From Candidatus Nomurabacteria bacterium (GTDB lineage Bacteria > Patescibacteriota > Minisyncoccia > Phycocordibacterales > UBA9973), in the NCBI GenBank assembly GCA_052035405.1, contig JBPOHQ010000008.1, positions 32,893-96,892 on the forward strand: a stretch of 64,000 bases of DNA, written 5' to 3'. The position numbers and the translations under genes are program-made. The notes under the pieces were generated by a model, which was given only the letters and a program-made list of their open reading frames with translations, was not told where the DNA came from and made no database searches. Numbering within the stretch: the stretch's first letter is position 1; each line of letters opens with the position of its first letter. Below, in pieces: positions 18,588 to 26,289 of this stretch.

Positions 18588-20777
18588 TTATTTTATAATT
18601 TTAATTTGGTCTAATTTGTTTTGTTTAGCTGCTTCTTTTAGGGCCCTATTGACGTATTCTTCAATTGTTTCATCGTGTGAACCTACAGTGAAGGCACTTT
18701 TTTCTAAGGGTTCAAGTCCTGTTATATTATGAAGCTCAATAAAATATTTTATTAGACGAGAATATTCTGGGCTCCATGTTTCAGGTTTGTCTTTCATAAG
18801 TCCATAAATTACTTCAGCTTTAGTTTCTTTGATTGCATTCCAGTAATCCCCTTTAGGAAAAATTTGATCTAAATCATTATCTAGTTTTAATTCTACTTTT
18901 TTATCAATATCTGCCATAGACAATTCTGTATGTTCTACTGTTTCATATGAACCATGTCCCCCATATGTTGGATTGATTGCATATGAGTTTACGTTTTGAC
19001 CTTCTAGACTTTGAAAAGAGCCTGTTGCGTTTGCTTGTACAATTTCTTCATACGTTGGTTTAAACATTTGATCTGCTTCACTCGGCACAATGAGCTTTGG
19101 GGTAGAAGCAAAACGGACTTCGTTATTTTTAAGAAGTTCTTTATCTCTTATTTGTTCCTCCTCGTACATTGGATTAATCTTCTGAGTTGCATTAACTACT
19201 GCTTCAGGTTCTATATTTTCTTGTAAAAATGCATCTCGTTCTACGGGAACTCCGTTTATGTCAGCTAATGAGGATTCAGTTGGTGCATTTGAATGAACTG
19301 AGTTGGAAGATCCTCCTCCCTCAAAGGCTTTTATAACTTTCTCGCGATAGTATTCATAATCTTTTTCTATTCCTTGTTTTGTGTTAGGTTCAAAAAGATC
19401 TCCTTCTTTGTGAATTTCACTCGCTATACCATTTTGGTATTCTTGAACAATTGCTTTTCCTTCTTGATCTATTTTCAACACATATGCAGCTCCACCTTCG
19501 GCTTTTACTCGTACATCGCCGTCTTCTCCGATGTATCCGAGCTTCTTTCCTAGTTCTGCAAGGAATTTTACTTTATCAGGTGCTTGATCATAACCCAGAG
19601 CTTCAGCAAGCTTCGGATCAGCTTCGAGCTGTGACTTAAATGCATAGGTAATACCAATATTATTTTTACCATCTACTAGAGCTTCTTTTGGAATTTCAAA
19701 ATTTTCACTGTTAGTGGTAGACACTGCTGAAGTTGCAGGAGTTTCATTTGAAATTTGGGTACCGTCTTGTCCTTCTAAAATAGTTGGATCAGGAGTTGAT
19801 GTCTTAAATTCGTGAACTGGAATTTCTTCTGCTTCAGTATTCTCAAAGAGATGTATGTTTTTTATACCTTGTATTACCGCCTTTTTCGGTAAATTATCAA
19901 CACCAGTAGCTTGTATAGTAGTAGTTAAAAGTCCTGTACCCATACTGAAGGCTCCACCTGCAATCCTTTTCTTCCATTCCAGACCCTTGAGTTGTTTTTC
20001 TTTTTCTTCTACCTTTTTTGCAAGTTCAGGAAGTTTGTTGAGTACAGTATTTATATCAAAGATTTGTCCCGATGAGCCAAGTAACTCATTGGAAAAAACT
20101 TGCTCTTTTTCGGATTCACTTTCTTCAATTTTGTCTTTGAAATACTCATTTATTGTGAATCGCCCCAAAAAATTAGTAGCACTTAGCATTGTTGTAAGTG
20201 GACCTAATACCATTATTGCTACTGTCGCACCTCCTGTTGCCAGAGCAATTTTTAACCATTTTTTTTGTTTGGGTGTTAGTCCGTCATACCAGTCTTTAAG
20301 TTTTTTAGCGAATTCTTGTGCTTCGTTTGAGGCCATAACGGTATTTAGTCCAACCGCCGCGATTATTTTTGTAGAGATTTTAAATCCAGCTCCAAATAGG
20401 GTCGTAGCTGCTCCGAGTACGTCAGCTGTAGCTAGGGTTGCACCAGTGGTCATAGCCATACTTAGGATTGTCCTGGTTTTATTCTGGGCAGGGTCAAGTA
20501 TCCATTTTTCTGTTTTGAGCCACGTTTGCTTAAAAAAATTGCTAGATTCTAGTGTATCCTCTTGGAATTTTTGCCTTTCCTCAGTAAAGATTCTTTGGGC
20601 TATAAGTATTTTTTGTCCATTATTTAGTTGAGTGTTATTTGTAGATTCTTGTAGATTTATTTCGTTTCTTATTAGTGTTGCTACTTGTTCAAGGTCCATC
20701 TCTGGTTTTGCTTCTATGTTTGATTTAGGAGCAAATATATTTAATTTACTAAAAAATGGTTTTTTAGGGATAGACAT
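18588..20777 (-). CDS. Large hypothetical protein with Gly/Ala-rich hydrophobic helices and an acidic C-terminal region
   Basis: 729-aa ORF; several Gly/Ala/Thr-rich hydrophobic segments alternate with coiled coils; no recognisable catalytic motif. Confidence 0.7.
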   Translation of the reverse strand: MSIPKKPFFSKLNIFAPKSNIEAKPEMDLEQVATLIRNEINLQESTNNTQLNNGQKILIAQRIFTEERQKFQEDTLESSNFFKQTWLKTEKWILDPAQNKTRTILSMAMTTGATLATADVLGAATTLFGAGFKISTKIIAAVGLNTVMASNEAQEFAKKLKDWYDGLTPKQKKWLKIALATGGATVAIMVLGPLTTMLSATNFLGRFTINEYFKDKIEESESEKEQVFSNELLGSSGQIFDINTVLNKLPELAKKVEEKEKQLKGLEWKKRIAGGAFSMGTGLLTTTIQATGVDNLPKKAVIQGIKNIHLFENTEAEEIPVHEFKTSTPDPTILEGQDGTQISNETPATSAVSTTNSENFEIPKEALVDGKNNIGITYAFKSQLEADPKLAEALGYDQAPDKVKFLAELGKKLGYIGEDGDVRVKAEGGAAYVLKIDQEGKAIVQEYQNGIASEIHKEGDLFEPNTKQGIEKDYEYYREKVIKAFEGGGSSNSVHSNAPTESSLADINGVPVERDAFLQENIEPEAVVNATQKINPMYEEEQIRDKELLKNNEVRFASTPKLIVPSEADQMFKPTYEEIVQANATGSFQSLEGQNVNSYAINPTYGGHGSYETVEHTELSMADIDKKVELKLDNDLDQIFPKGDYWNAIKETKAEVIYGLMKDKPETWSPEYSRLIKYFIELHNITGLEPLEKSAFTVGSHDETIEEYVNRALKEAAKQNKLDQIKIIK

Positions 20778-20889
20778 AATAGATATATTATATAGTTTTA
20801 TGTTTAATAATACTAAATTCTAAGTTTAAGTCTTATATATTATGCATTAAATGTTTGATTCTGTCAATGAAATCTTTTCCACACTAGGG

Positions 20890-21093
20890 TTGACTTGCCC
20901 GTCCGTATGGGCTACCCTTTATATGTACCTGGCAAGGCATCAGCCTTTCCTTCTGGTACACCCCCGTCTAGGAGCACGATTTTACGGATGAAAGGTAGTA
21001 TGACAGTAACCATCGCAAGAATTTTTTTATGAGTACAATAGGGTCGCCCTGTATTCTATCCTTGTTTTACAAGGTTTAGGAAGAATTCTTACG
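20890..21093 (+). promoter_or_regulatory. Promoter and structured 5' leader of the LysM/M23 gene (candidate cis-regulatory RNA)
   Basis: TTGACT-17 bp-TACCCT, then stems TGTACC/GGTACA, AAGGC/GCCTT, CCGT/ACGG, AGGG/CCCT, CCTTGT/ACAAGG and CGCAAGAATT/AATTCTTACG. Confidence 0.5.
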
Positions 21094-21139
21094 ACATTTT
21101 GTTTGTTTTATAAAATCTCATTCTAAAATATTCCGAGCT

Positions 21140-22225
21140 ATGCTGATGTTGCCGTTATGCTTAACGGTTTTTGCTAGTGCTTCTCCTGTTGAAGCGAGTC
21201 TTTTATCTTCTCTTCTTGGTGATGATGCTTCAGCCTCTGCCCCAGAGACCATTTCTACTCCAAATTCTATTGCTAATTCTCAAAACATGTCTCTGCTCCA
21301 AGCCAACGCTTCTTCTGCCTCTTTCCTCGATAAGAAAACCAAAACTAAAGACGATGAAGAAGATGTTAAAGAAGATGCAAGTATTACCATTACCGATAAC
21401 GCCCTCTCTCCAGTCACGAATCCTTTAGGTGTATCAGACGGAACAGACTCTAAAGACCCCTCATTTGATCAAATAAGTATATATGTGGTCAGAGGAGGAG
21501 ACTCTATAGCCAAGATAGCTGAGATGTATGATGTCTCGGTAAATACTATTATGTGGGCGAACGACCTTAAGTCCAAGAAGCTAACCGTCGGTGATACCCT
21601 TATCATTCTTCCTGTTTCAGGCTTACAATATAAGGTTCAAAAAGGTGACACCTTAAAAGGTCTTGCAAAAGAGTATAAAGTAGATGTTGCAGACATTATT
21701 GACTATAACAACCTCACTGAAGATTCAAAACTTTCTGTTGGAGACGAGCTGATTATTCCGGGTGCAGAGGTTGAAGTAAAAGCAGCTATTCCAGTAAAAG
21801 TAAAATCTACAAGCAAGACTGGTAGTATACCTAATAATTTTAATAATGCTGATAGCAGTAAGTCAGTAAGTGGTTTCTTGAAGCCAATCCCTTGCCGTCA
21901 GAGTCAAGGCAGACATGACAAGTATGCTGTCGATCTTGCGTGTGGTAAAGCTGGTGTTTCTATCCAAGCATCTATGTCTGGAAAGGTTATCTTTGCTAAA
22001 AAAGGTTGGAACGGTGCTTTCGGAAATCTTACGATTATTGAAAACAATGGAATCCAGACATTTTATGCCCACCAACAAGACATCTTTGTATCCGTCGGTC
22101 AGCAAGTCTCACAAGGTCAAATCATCGGAACTGTTGGAAATACAGGGCGATCTACGGGTCCACACCTACACTTTGAGGTTCGTGGAGCGAAAAATCCAGG
22201 GTTTGATAACTCTTGGGCAAAATAG
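21140..22225 (+). CDS. LysM-domain M23 family peptidoglycan endopeptidase
   Basis: Two LysM repeats (YVVRGGDSIAKIAEMY, YKVQKGDTLKGLAKEY); M23 motifs H...D, YAHQ and GRSTGPHLHFEV. Confidence 0.92.
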   Translation: MLMLPLCLTVFASASPVEASLLSSLLGDDASASAPETISTPNSIANSQNMSLLQANASSASFLDKKTKTKDDEEDVKEDASITITDNALSPVTNPLGVSDGTDSKDPSFDQISIYVVRGGDSIAKIAEMYDVSVNTIMWANDLKSKKLTVGDTLIILPVSGLQYKVQKGDTLKGLAKEYKVDVADIIDYNNLTEDSKLSVGDELIIPGAEVEVKAAIPVKVKSTSKTGSIPNNFNNADSSKSVSGFLKPIPCRQSQGRHDKYAVDLACGKAGVSIQASMSGKVIFAKKGWNGAFGNLTIIENNGIQTFYAHQQDIFVSVGQQVSQGQIIGTVGNTGRSTGPHLHFEVRGAKNPGFDNSWAK

Positions 22226-22268
22226 TACAAGCACAAAAGCACACAAAAACTTTTCTGAGGAATACTTT

Positions 22269-23018
22269 TTATTCGAGTAAAGTTAATGCGATCATTGCTC
22301 CGATACCAAGGAGAAGCATGATGACTTGGAGGATAAAATATCTTCCTCCTTTGGTCCTTTGTAGTTCTGGGATGAGGTCTCCTACGGCTATGTAAATAAA
22401 TCCTCCAGCCGCTATGGGTAAGATTATTTTTATGAAGTTTTCGCTCATGTCTCCTATTATAAAAACAAGGGCAAGTCCGAGCATGGCGGTCAATGCAGAC
22501 AGAAAATTAAGCCAAAGAGCTCGTGTTTTGCTGTAGCCACTATGAATAAGTACCGCAAAATCTCCTATCTCTTGGGGTATTTCGTGAAGTACGACCGCAA
22601 TGGTCGTTGCTATTCCGACAGGAATACTGATTAAAAAACTTGCTCCAATGACTATACCATCGACAAAATTATGAATACCATCTGAGAAGAGAACTAACTT
22701 ACCCACAGGGTGTATGTGGTATTCATCTGTGTCATCTTCGTGATGGTGCCAGTGTAAAAATTTCTCCAATATAAAAAATATAAATATCCCTAGTATGATA
22801 TACAGTCCAATTGTTGTTGGATTTGTCGCCTCTACGAAAGCTTCAGGAATCAGGTGGATAAAGGCATCTCCGAGTAATGCTCCAACTGCCAGACTAATAA
22901 AAAGAGAAATATATTTTTTAATTAAATCAGCTCGAAGAGAGAGTGTAAAAACTCCAACAAGTGAGATGAGACTTATCGCCGTGACACTTAAGAAAGAATA
23001 TAGATATGTTTCGTTCAT
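22269..23018 (-). CDS. ZIP family zinc/metal transporter
   Basis: GALLGDAFIHLIPEA, HWHHHE loop, DGIHNFVDG, LHEIPQEIGDF, GGFIYIA. Confidence 0.92.
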   Translation of the reverse strand: MNETYLYSFLSVTAISLISLVGVFTLSLRADLIKKYISLFISLAVGALLGDAFIHLIPEAFVEATNPTTIGLYIILGIFIFFILEKFLHWHHHEDDTDEYHIHPVGKLVLFSDGIHNFVDGIVIGASFLISIPVGIATTIAVVLHEIPQEIGDFAVLIHSGYSKTRALWLNFLSALTAMLGLALVFIIGDMSENFIKIILPIAAGGFIYIAVGDLIPELQRTKGGRYFILQVIMLLLGIGAMIALTLLE

Positions 23019-23042
23019 GTGATAAAGATACTATATCCTTAA

Positions 23043-23057
23043 TGCAGTTTATTTGCA
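23043..23057. promoter_or_regulatory. Candidate metal-regulator (Fur/Zur-family-like) operator overlapping the ZIP promoter
   Basis: Imperfect 7-1-7 palindrome TGCAGTT-T-ATTTGCA, 25 bp upstream of the ZIP start codon. Confidence 0.35.
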
Positions 23058-23102
23058 AGTAAAAGTTTGTTCAACTTTGATTATTTATGTGGATAAACAA
23101 AA

Positions 23103-23131
23103 GTGACAAGTGTTTTAGTCTCTGGTAGGAT
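23103..23131 (+). promoter_or_regulatory. Sigma70-type promoter of candidate ncRNA 1, with a DnaA box just upstream (23088-23096)
   Basis: GTGACA-17 bp-TAGGAT with an extended -10 TG; TGTGGATAA immediately upstream. Confidence 0.5.
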
Positions 23132-23137
23132 GTGCTT

Positions 23138-23655
23138 ATAGTATTGGTTTTTTGATAATTAAAACTTGGCTAGGGCAAAAGAAATAGTGTTTAATATAGT
23201 TATTGAGTACTATTTCTTTTGTCTTGCCATGACAAAGAAAGTATCCAGATGGGTTGTGTCCCATTTTCTGTTTCCGCCTGGAGACAAAAATTAACCCAAT
23301 GACAGGGTTAGTCTGGTGCTTTCTTTTAAGAAAGATATTTGTTTTGGGGTTCCCCCAGGTAAGCGTGTGACGCCCTATCGTCACACAAACTGCCTGGGGT
23401 TTCCAGAACTAAAAAGAATGTTAGATAAGTAAGCACTCAGGGGGAGCCTGGTACAAAGGTTCTGGGTTCCCTTTTTGCTTCATCTGACAAGAGGTAAGAT
23501 TAGCGGTTCTTCCAGCTCTGCTGAAAAGTGGTGGCTGGATTTGTTGAAAAATCCTCTCCATTTTGGAGAGTAAAGATACGAGACAGAAGAAAAGATCCAA
23601 ATAAAATGTGTTGTGCGACTTGGTAGCAATTATCAAGTCGCATTTTTATTTATTT
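23138..23655 (+). ncRNA. Candidate large (~510 nt) structured non-coding RNA of unknown family
   Basis: Four long helical domains (23167-23229, 23234-23326, 23341-23409, 23419-23489), a GAAA-capped hairpin and a 3' terminator; mismatches read as G-U wobbles on the + strand. Confidence 0.65.
23614..23655 (+). terminator. Intrinsic terminator of candidate ncRNA 1
   Basis: TGCGACTTGGTA-gcaat-TATCAAGTCGCA followed by TTTTTATTTATTT. Confidence 0.75.
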
Positions 23656-23713
23656 AATTAATTGAATTGTGGATAACTATTTTGCATACTTTTTTAAAGT
23701 GGTATAATTAATA

Positions 23714-24085
23714 CAGAGATAAAAAAGTTGTTCGACAAACAAGAAGAGAGAGATGTAGGAAATAGTATTTAATTCTTTGAATACTGCTTCCTATATCTAC
23801 CCCTTCTATGATATAGAAAAAAATGCATCTAACGATGCAAACTATCGCCACCACGTGGCAACCAAAAAACTGTTACAATTGTAACAATTTAATTTAATCG
23901 CTAATTATATTAGCAAACCGTTTCCCGCTCTTTCGAGCAAAAAAATTGTTGATTATTATCAACACCTGTTCTTTCTAAAAATAGCTAACATCTGTTAGCA
24001 AAACTCATATAGTCACTTCGGTGACAACATCTATCGCATATTTTATATGCACTACAACCCAGCAAAAAATCGCTGGGTTTTTTGT
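23714..24085 (+). ncRNA. Candidate ~370-nt hairpin-array RNA: one long hairpin, ten short stem-loops and a terminator
   Basis: Extended -10 TGGTATAAT at 23700-23708 and DnaA box at 23668-23676; stem-loops at 23804, 23824, 23847, 23871, 23900, 23927, 23947, 23984, 24012 and 24036; terminator AACCCAGC/GCTGGGTT-TTTT at 24056-24083. Confidence 0.6.
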
Positions 24086-24154
24086 TTGTATTTTTAAATT
24101 TTGCTAAAAAACCAATAACAAGCTATAATCATAGAGTTTTCAGTAAGAAGTATT

Positions 24155-24225
24155 CGGGCTGTAGTATACCGGTAGTACAAGCGCTTTGGGAGCGTTTAGA
24201 CTGGGTTCGATTCCCAGCAGCCCGA
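24155..24225 (+). tRNA. tRNA-Pro(TGG), CCA not encoded
   Basis: Acceptor CGGGCTG/CAGCCCG, anticodon loop TT-TGG-GA, T-loop TTCGATT. Confidence 0.95.
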
Positions 24226-24269
24226 CAAAGATTGAATTATTTAATCTTATTTGATAATATAAAAATATT

Positions 24270-24340
24270 GCGGGATTAGTTTAATGGTAAAATAACAGTT
24301 TTCCAAACTGTGGTTGGGAGTTCGATTCCCCCATCCCGCA
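24270..24340 (+). tRNA. tRNA-Gly(TCC), CCA not encoded
   Basis: Acceptor GCGGGAT/ATCCCGC, anticodon arm ACAGT-TTTCCAA-ACTGT, T-loop TTCGATT. Confidence 0.95.
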
Positions 24341-24364
24341 CACCAATAGGCATGTTTTAGACAA

Positions 24365-25273
24365 CTACTTGCTGTTTAATTCATTAACTCTTTTATTGTA
24401 AATATTTATAAAAGCATCAAGTGTTTCCGTTTTAAATGCTAATATTTTTAGCATTACTGGGTCACCTTGTTTTATTTTATCAGCCAAGAGAAGAGATTCT
24501 CTTTGATCTTGAAGCGAAGTTATAAAAGAATAAAATATACTCAATTCTGTTTTTGTTATTGTATTTTCTTCGGCAGGATTATTTTCAGCTAGTTTTTTAT
24601 ATTGTTTATCTGAAAGGTCAAAGTAAAACACAGGCATGTTTTTTAAGGGTGTTAAAATCATTTCTTTATTCTTTATCTTGATTCCATATTTTAAGTCTGC
24701 ACCTCCACTCTCAACAATGGCAAGAGTTTTATCAGCTTTTTTAATTGTAAGAGGCAACGCTCCTTCTGATAGTTCTCTATTGTCTTCAAGTAGACTATCA
24801 AGAGCACAAATTGTTTTACCTGTTTTTTTATTTACAATAATAAAGTCTGTGCCAGCCTCGTAGTCATCATAGCTTGCAGTACGCATAACCAGAAAGTCAT
24901 CGCCCAGCACTTTATTTAAAAGTATAGTTACCATAATTTCTGTTTGAGTACCATTCCTCCTCATCTTATCTTCTCGCCATCTGTTTAAGCAACGATCTTG
25001 TGAAGTAGGATCTTCCGAGTGACATTTTGCAAAACTTAATTCCCTTTTTCTTATAGTTGCTTTATCTTTCTCAATTTCTTCTTTTGAATAAATTCCACCA
25101 TTATCTAGCATAAAGGCATCCATTGAAACGGACCCATCTGTTTTTATTAAATTTTGCTTTCCGTACTCTTCCTCTATTCTTTTATTATTTTCGTTAGAAA
25201 TAAACGAAAGCCTTTTTCGTAGCTTTACACTTAGGTGCTCTAAGGCACTTTGTTCAGGTTTAAATTCTCCCAT
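24365..25273 (-). CDS. Hypothetical protein with an acidic motif reminiscent of PD-(D/E)XK-fold proteins
   Basis: 302-aa ORF; RTASYDDYEAGTDFII...ICALD; TATAAT-N6-ATG start. The fold assignment is speculative. Confidence 0.6.
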   Translation of the reverse strand: MGEFKPEQSALEHLSVKLRKRLSFISNENNKRIEEEYGKQNLIKTDGSVSMDAFMLDNGGIYSKEEIEKDKATIRKRELSFAKCHSEDPTSQDRCLNRWREDKMRRNGTQTEIMVTILLNKVLGDDFLVMRTASYDDYEAGTDFIIVNKKTGKTICALDSLLEDNRELSEGALPLTIKKADKTLAIVESGGADLKYGIKIKNKEMILTPLKNMPVFYFDLSDKQYKKLAENNPAEENTITKTELSIFYSFITSLQDQRESLLLADKIKQGDPVMLKILAFKTETLDAFINIYNKRVNELNSK

Positions 25274-25292
25274 TTATGTATTATACCTTATA

Positions 25293-25766
25293 TCATAAAA
25301 CAATATCAGAAATTACATTTATTTTTGCTTTTTTATGAGCTAGATCTAGATAAACCACCAGTAGATCCACTTGCCACCCCGTATCTTCTGAGATTCTATT
25401 GGACATAAGGTATGTCTGGATTGTCCGTGATAGACGCTTCAGTTTCCAAGGGTGCATGTTATCTTCAGGCCGATAATCATCCTTCTCGAACGTTTCATGT
25501 GGAACATTCTTTCCTTCTGTTTCATGAGAAACATTAGTTTTTGATGTTTCACGTGGCACAAATGAAGGTAATGTTACGCGTGAAACGCTTTTTACCTCAA
25601 TAAAATAGAGTTTTCCTTGTTTTTCAGCTATTATATCTATTTCACCCCATTTTTTAGTGTAGTTACGATCAATTACTGAGTAACCGTGTTTCACAAGAAA
25701 ATTAACGGCGATATTCTCGCCAATTTCTCCTGTTTTCTGGGTTTTTGAAGTAAAAACCTTTGGCAT
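25293..25766 (-). CDS. yraN: YraN (UPF0102) family nuclease with an internal parS-coded insertion
   Basis: GEIGENIAVNFL..GY.VIDRNY..KWGEIDIIA...FIEVK; ~30-aa insert VSRVT..VPRET..VSHET..VPHET. Confidence 0.88.
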   Translation of the reverse strand: MPKVFTSKTQKTGEIGENIAVNFLVKHGYSVIDRNYTKKWGEIDIIAEKQGKLYFIEVKSVSRVTLPSFVPRETSKTNVSHETEGKNVPHETFEKDDYRPEDNMHPWKLKRLSRTIQTYLMSNRISEDTGWQVDLLVVYLDLAHKKAKINVISDIVL

Positions 25767-25968
25767 GTATTAATTATACAAACAAAACGATAAAAATGTT
25801 ATATGTGTAACAAATCACAACTACGTTTTATAAATAATTAGTGTTTCATGTGGAACAAGAAGTTGGAAATGACAATTAGAGCCAATTCTATATTTTATAA
25901 GGGTTTTTTAGGTTACTTTGGTCTAAAAGACAAGATTTTTATGTCCGTTATGCACAATACCAACATAG

Positions 25969-25977
25969 TTATCCACA
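25969..25977 (+). promoter_or_regulatory. DnaA box (plus a 1-mismatch box at 25948-25956)
   Basis: TTATCCACA perfect match; TTATGCACA nearby. Confidence 0.55.
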
Positions 25978-26039
25978 GTCTGTTAGTAAGTCCTTATTTT
26001 TTAATAACCACAAATATCAGTCATCAGAGACAAAATTTG

Positions 26040-26111
26040 TGCACCCGGAGGGATTCGAACCCCCAACGACGGTTCCGAAGACCGGCGTGATATCCATTTC
26101 ACTACGGGTGC
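26040..26111 (-). tRNA. tRNA-Arg(TCG), CCA not encoded
   Basis: Reverse complement GCACCCG-TA-GTGA AATGGATA TCAC-G-CCGGT CTTCGGA ACCGT...GGGGG TTCGAAT CCCTC-CGGGTGC-A. Confidence 0.93.
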
Positions 26112-26289
26112 ATGGAATTAATCAACTTACAAAGTATAGCTTATTATGGTTTTTTAATCAAAAATATTTAGTGATGAAAGCTGAAACGCTATAATATTCA
26201 TATTTAATATGCTAAAAAAGAAAATTGCAAATCGATAAGCAAAGTAATATAATGATTTAGTTCTTTTATTTTTTATTATACATAACTAA

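Noticed and set aside
19855-20631. 258-aa plus-strand ORF and other antisense ORFs in the track (e.g. 6852..7355, 9637..10026, 26266..26676)
   Set aside because: Shadow frames antisense to well-supported genes or tRNAs, with Ser/Phe/Pro-biased composition.
20923-21093. c-di-AMP (ydaO) riboswitch upstream of the LysM/M23 gene
   Set aside because: The conserved GCUGAAUCC, GGGGAACC and CCCGUCAGCUAAC elements are absent.
23511-23539. AGC-containing GAAA hairpin as group II intron domain V
   Set aside because: The AGC-to-bulge distance and bulge size do not fit D5, and there is no GUGYG 5' end, D6 or maturase.
23136-23636. Minus-strand ORFs 23136..23384 and 23421..23636
   Set aside because: Non-ATG starts, atypical composition, no motifs; G-U wobble polarity, promoter and terminator all favour a plus-strand RNA.
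23138-23655. RNase P RNA, tmRNA, SRP RNA or T-box identity for the large RNA
   Set aside because: Could not find GAGGAAAGUCC/ACAGAA..CGGCUUA, tRNA-like ends, the SRP helix-8 motif or the T-box consensus on either strand. By eye only; an Rfam search is still needed.
23871-23886. TGTTACAATTGTAACA as an additional parS site
   Set aside because: The outer arms fit but the central CG/CA core is replaced by AT, and it is better explained as one unit of the hairpin array. Weaker half-matches near 25687 and 26364 were also not counted.
23804-24050. Hairpin array read as a CRISPR array, or the 24-aa ORF MHLTMQTIATTWQPKNCYNCNNLI as its explanation
   Set aside because: No conserved repeat sequence and linkers too short for spacers; the ORF covers only three of the ten stems and has no recognisable features.
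25491-25587. 27-bp periodic repeats read as a CRISPR array
   Set aside because: Units are 16-bp palindromes with 11-bp gaps inside a coding frame, match the parS consensus, and no cas genes are present.
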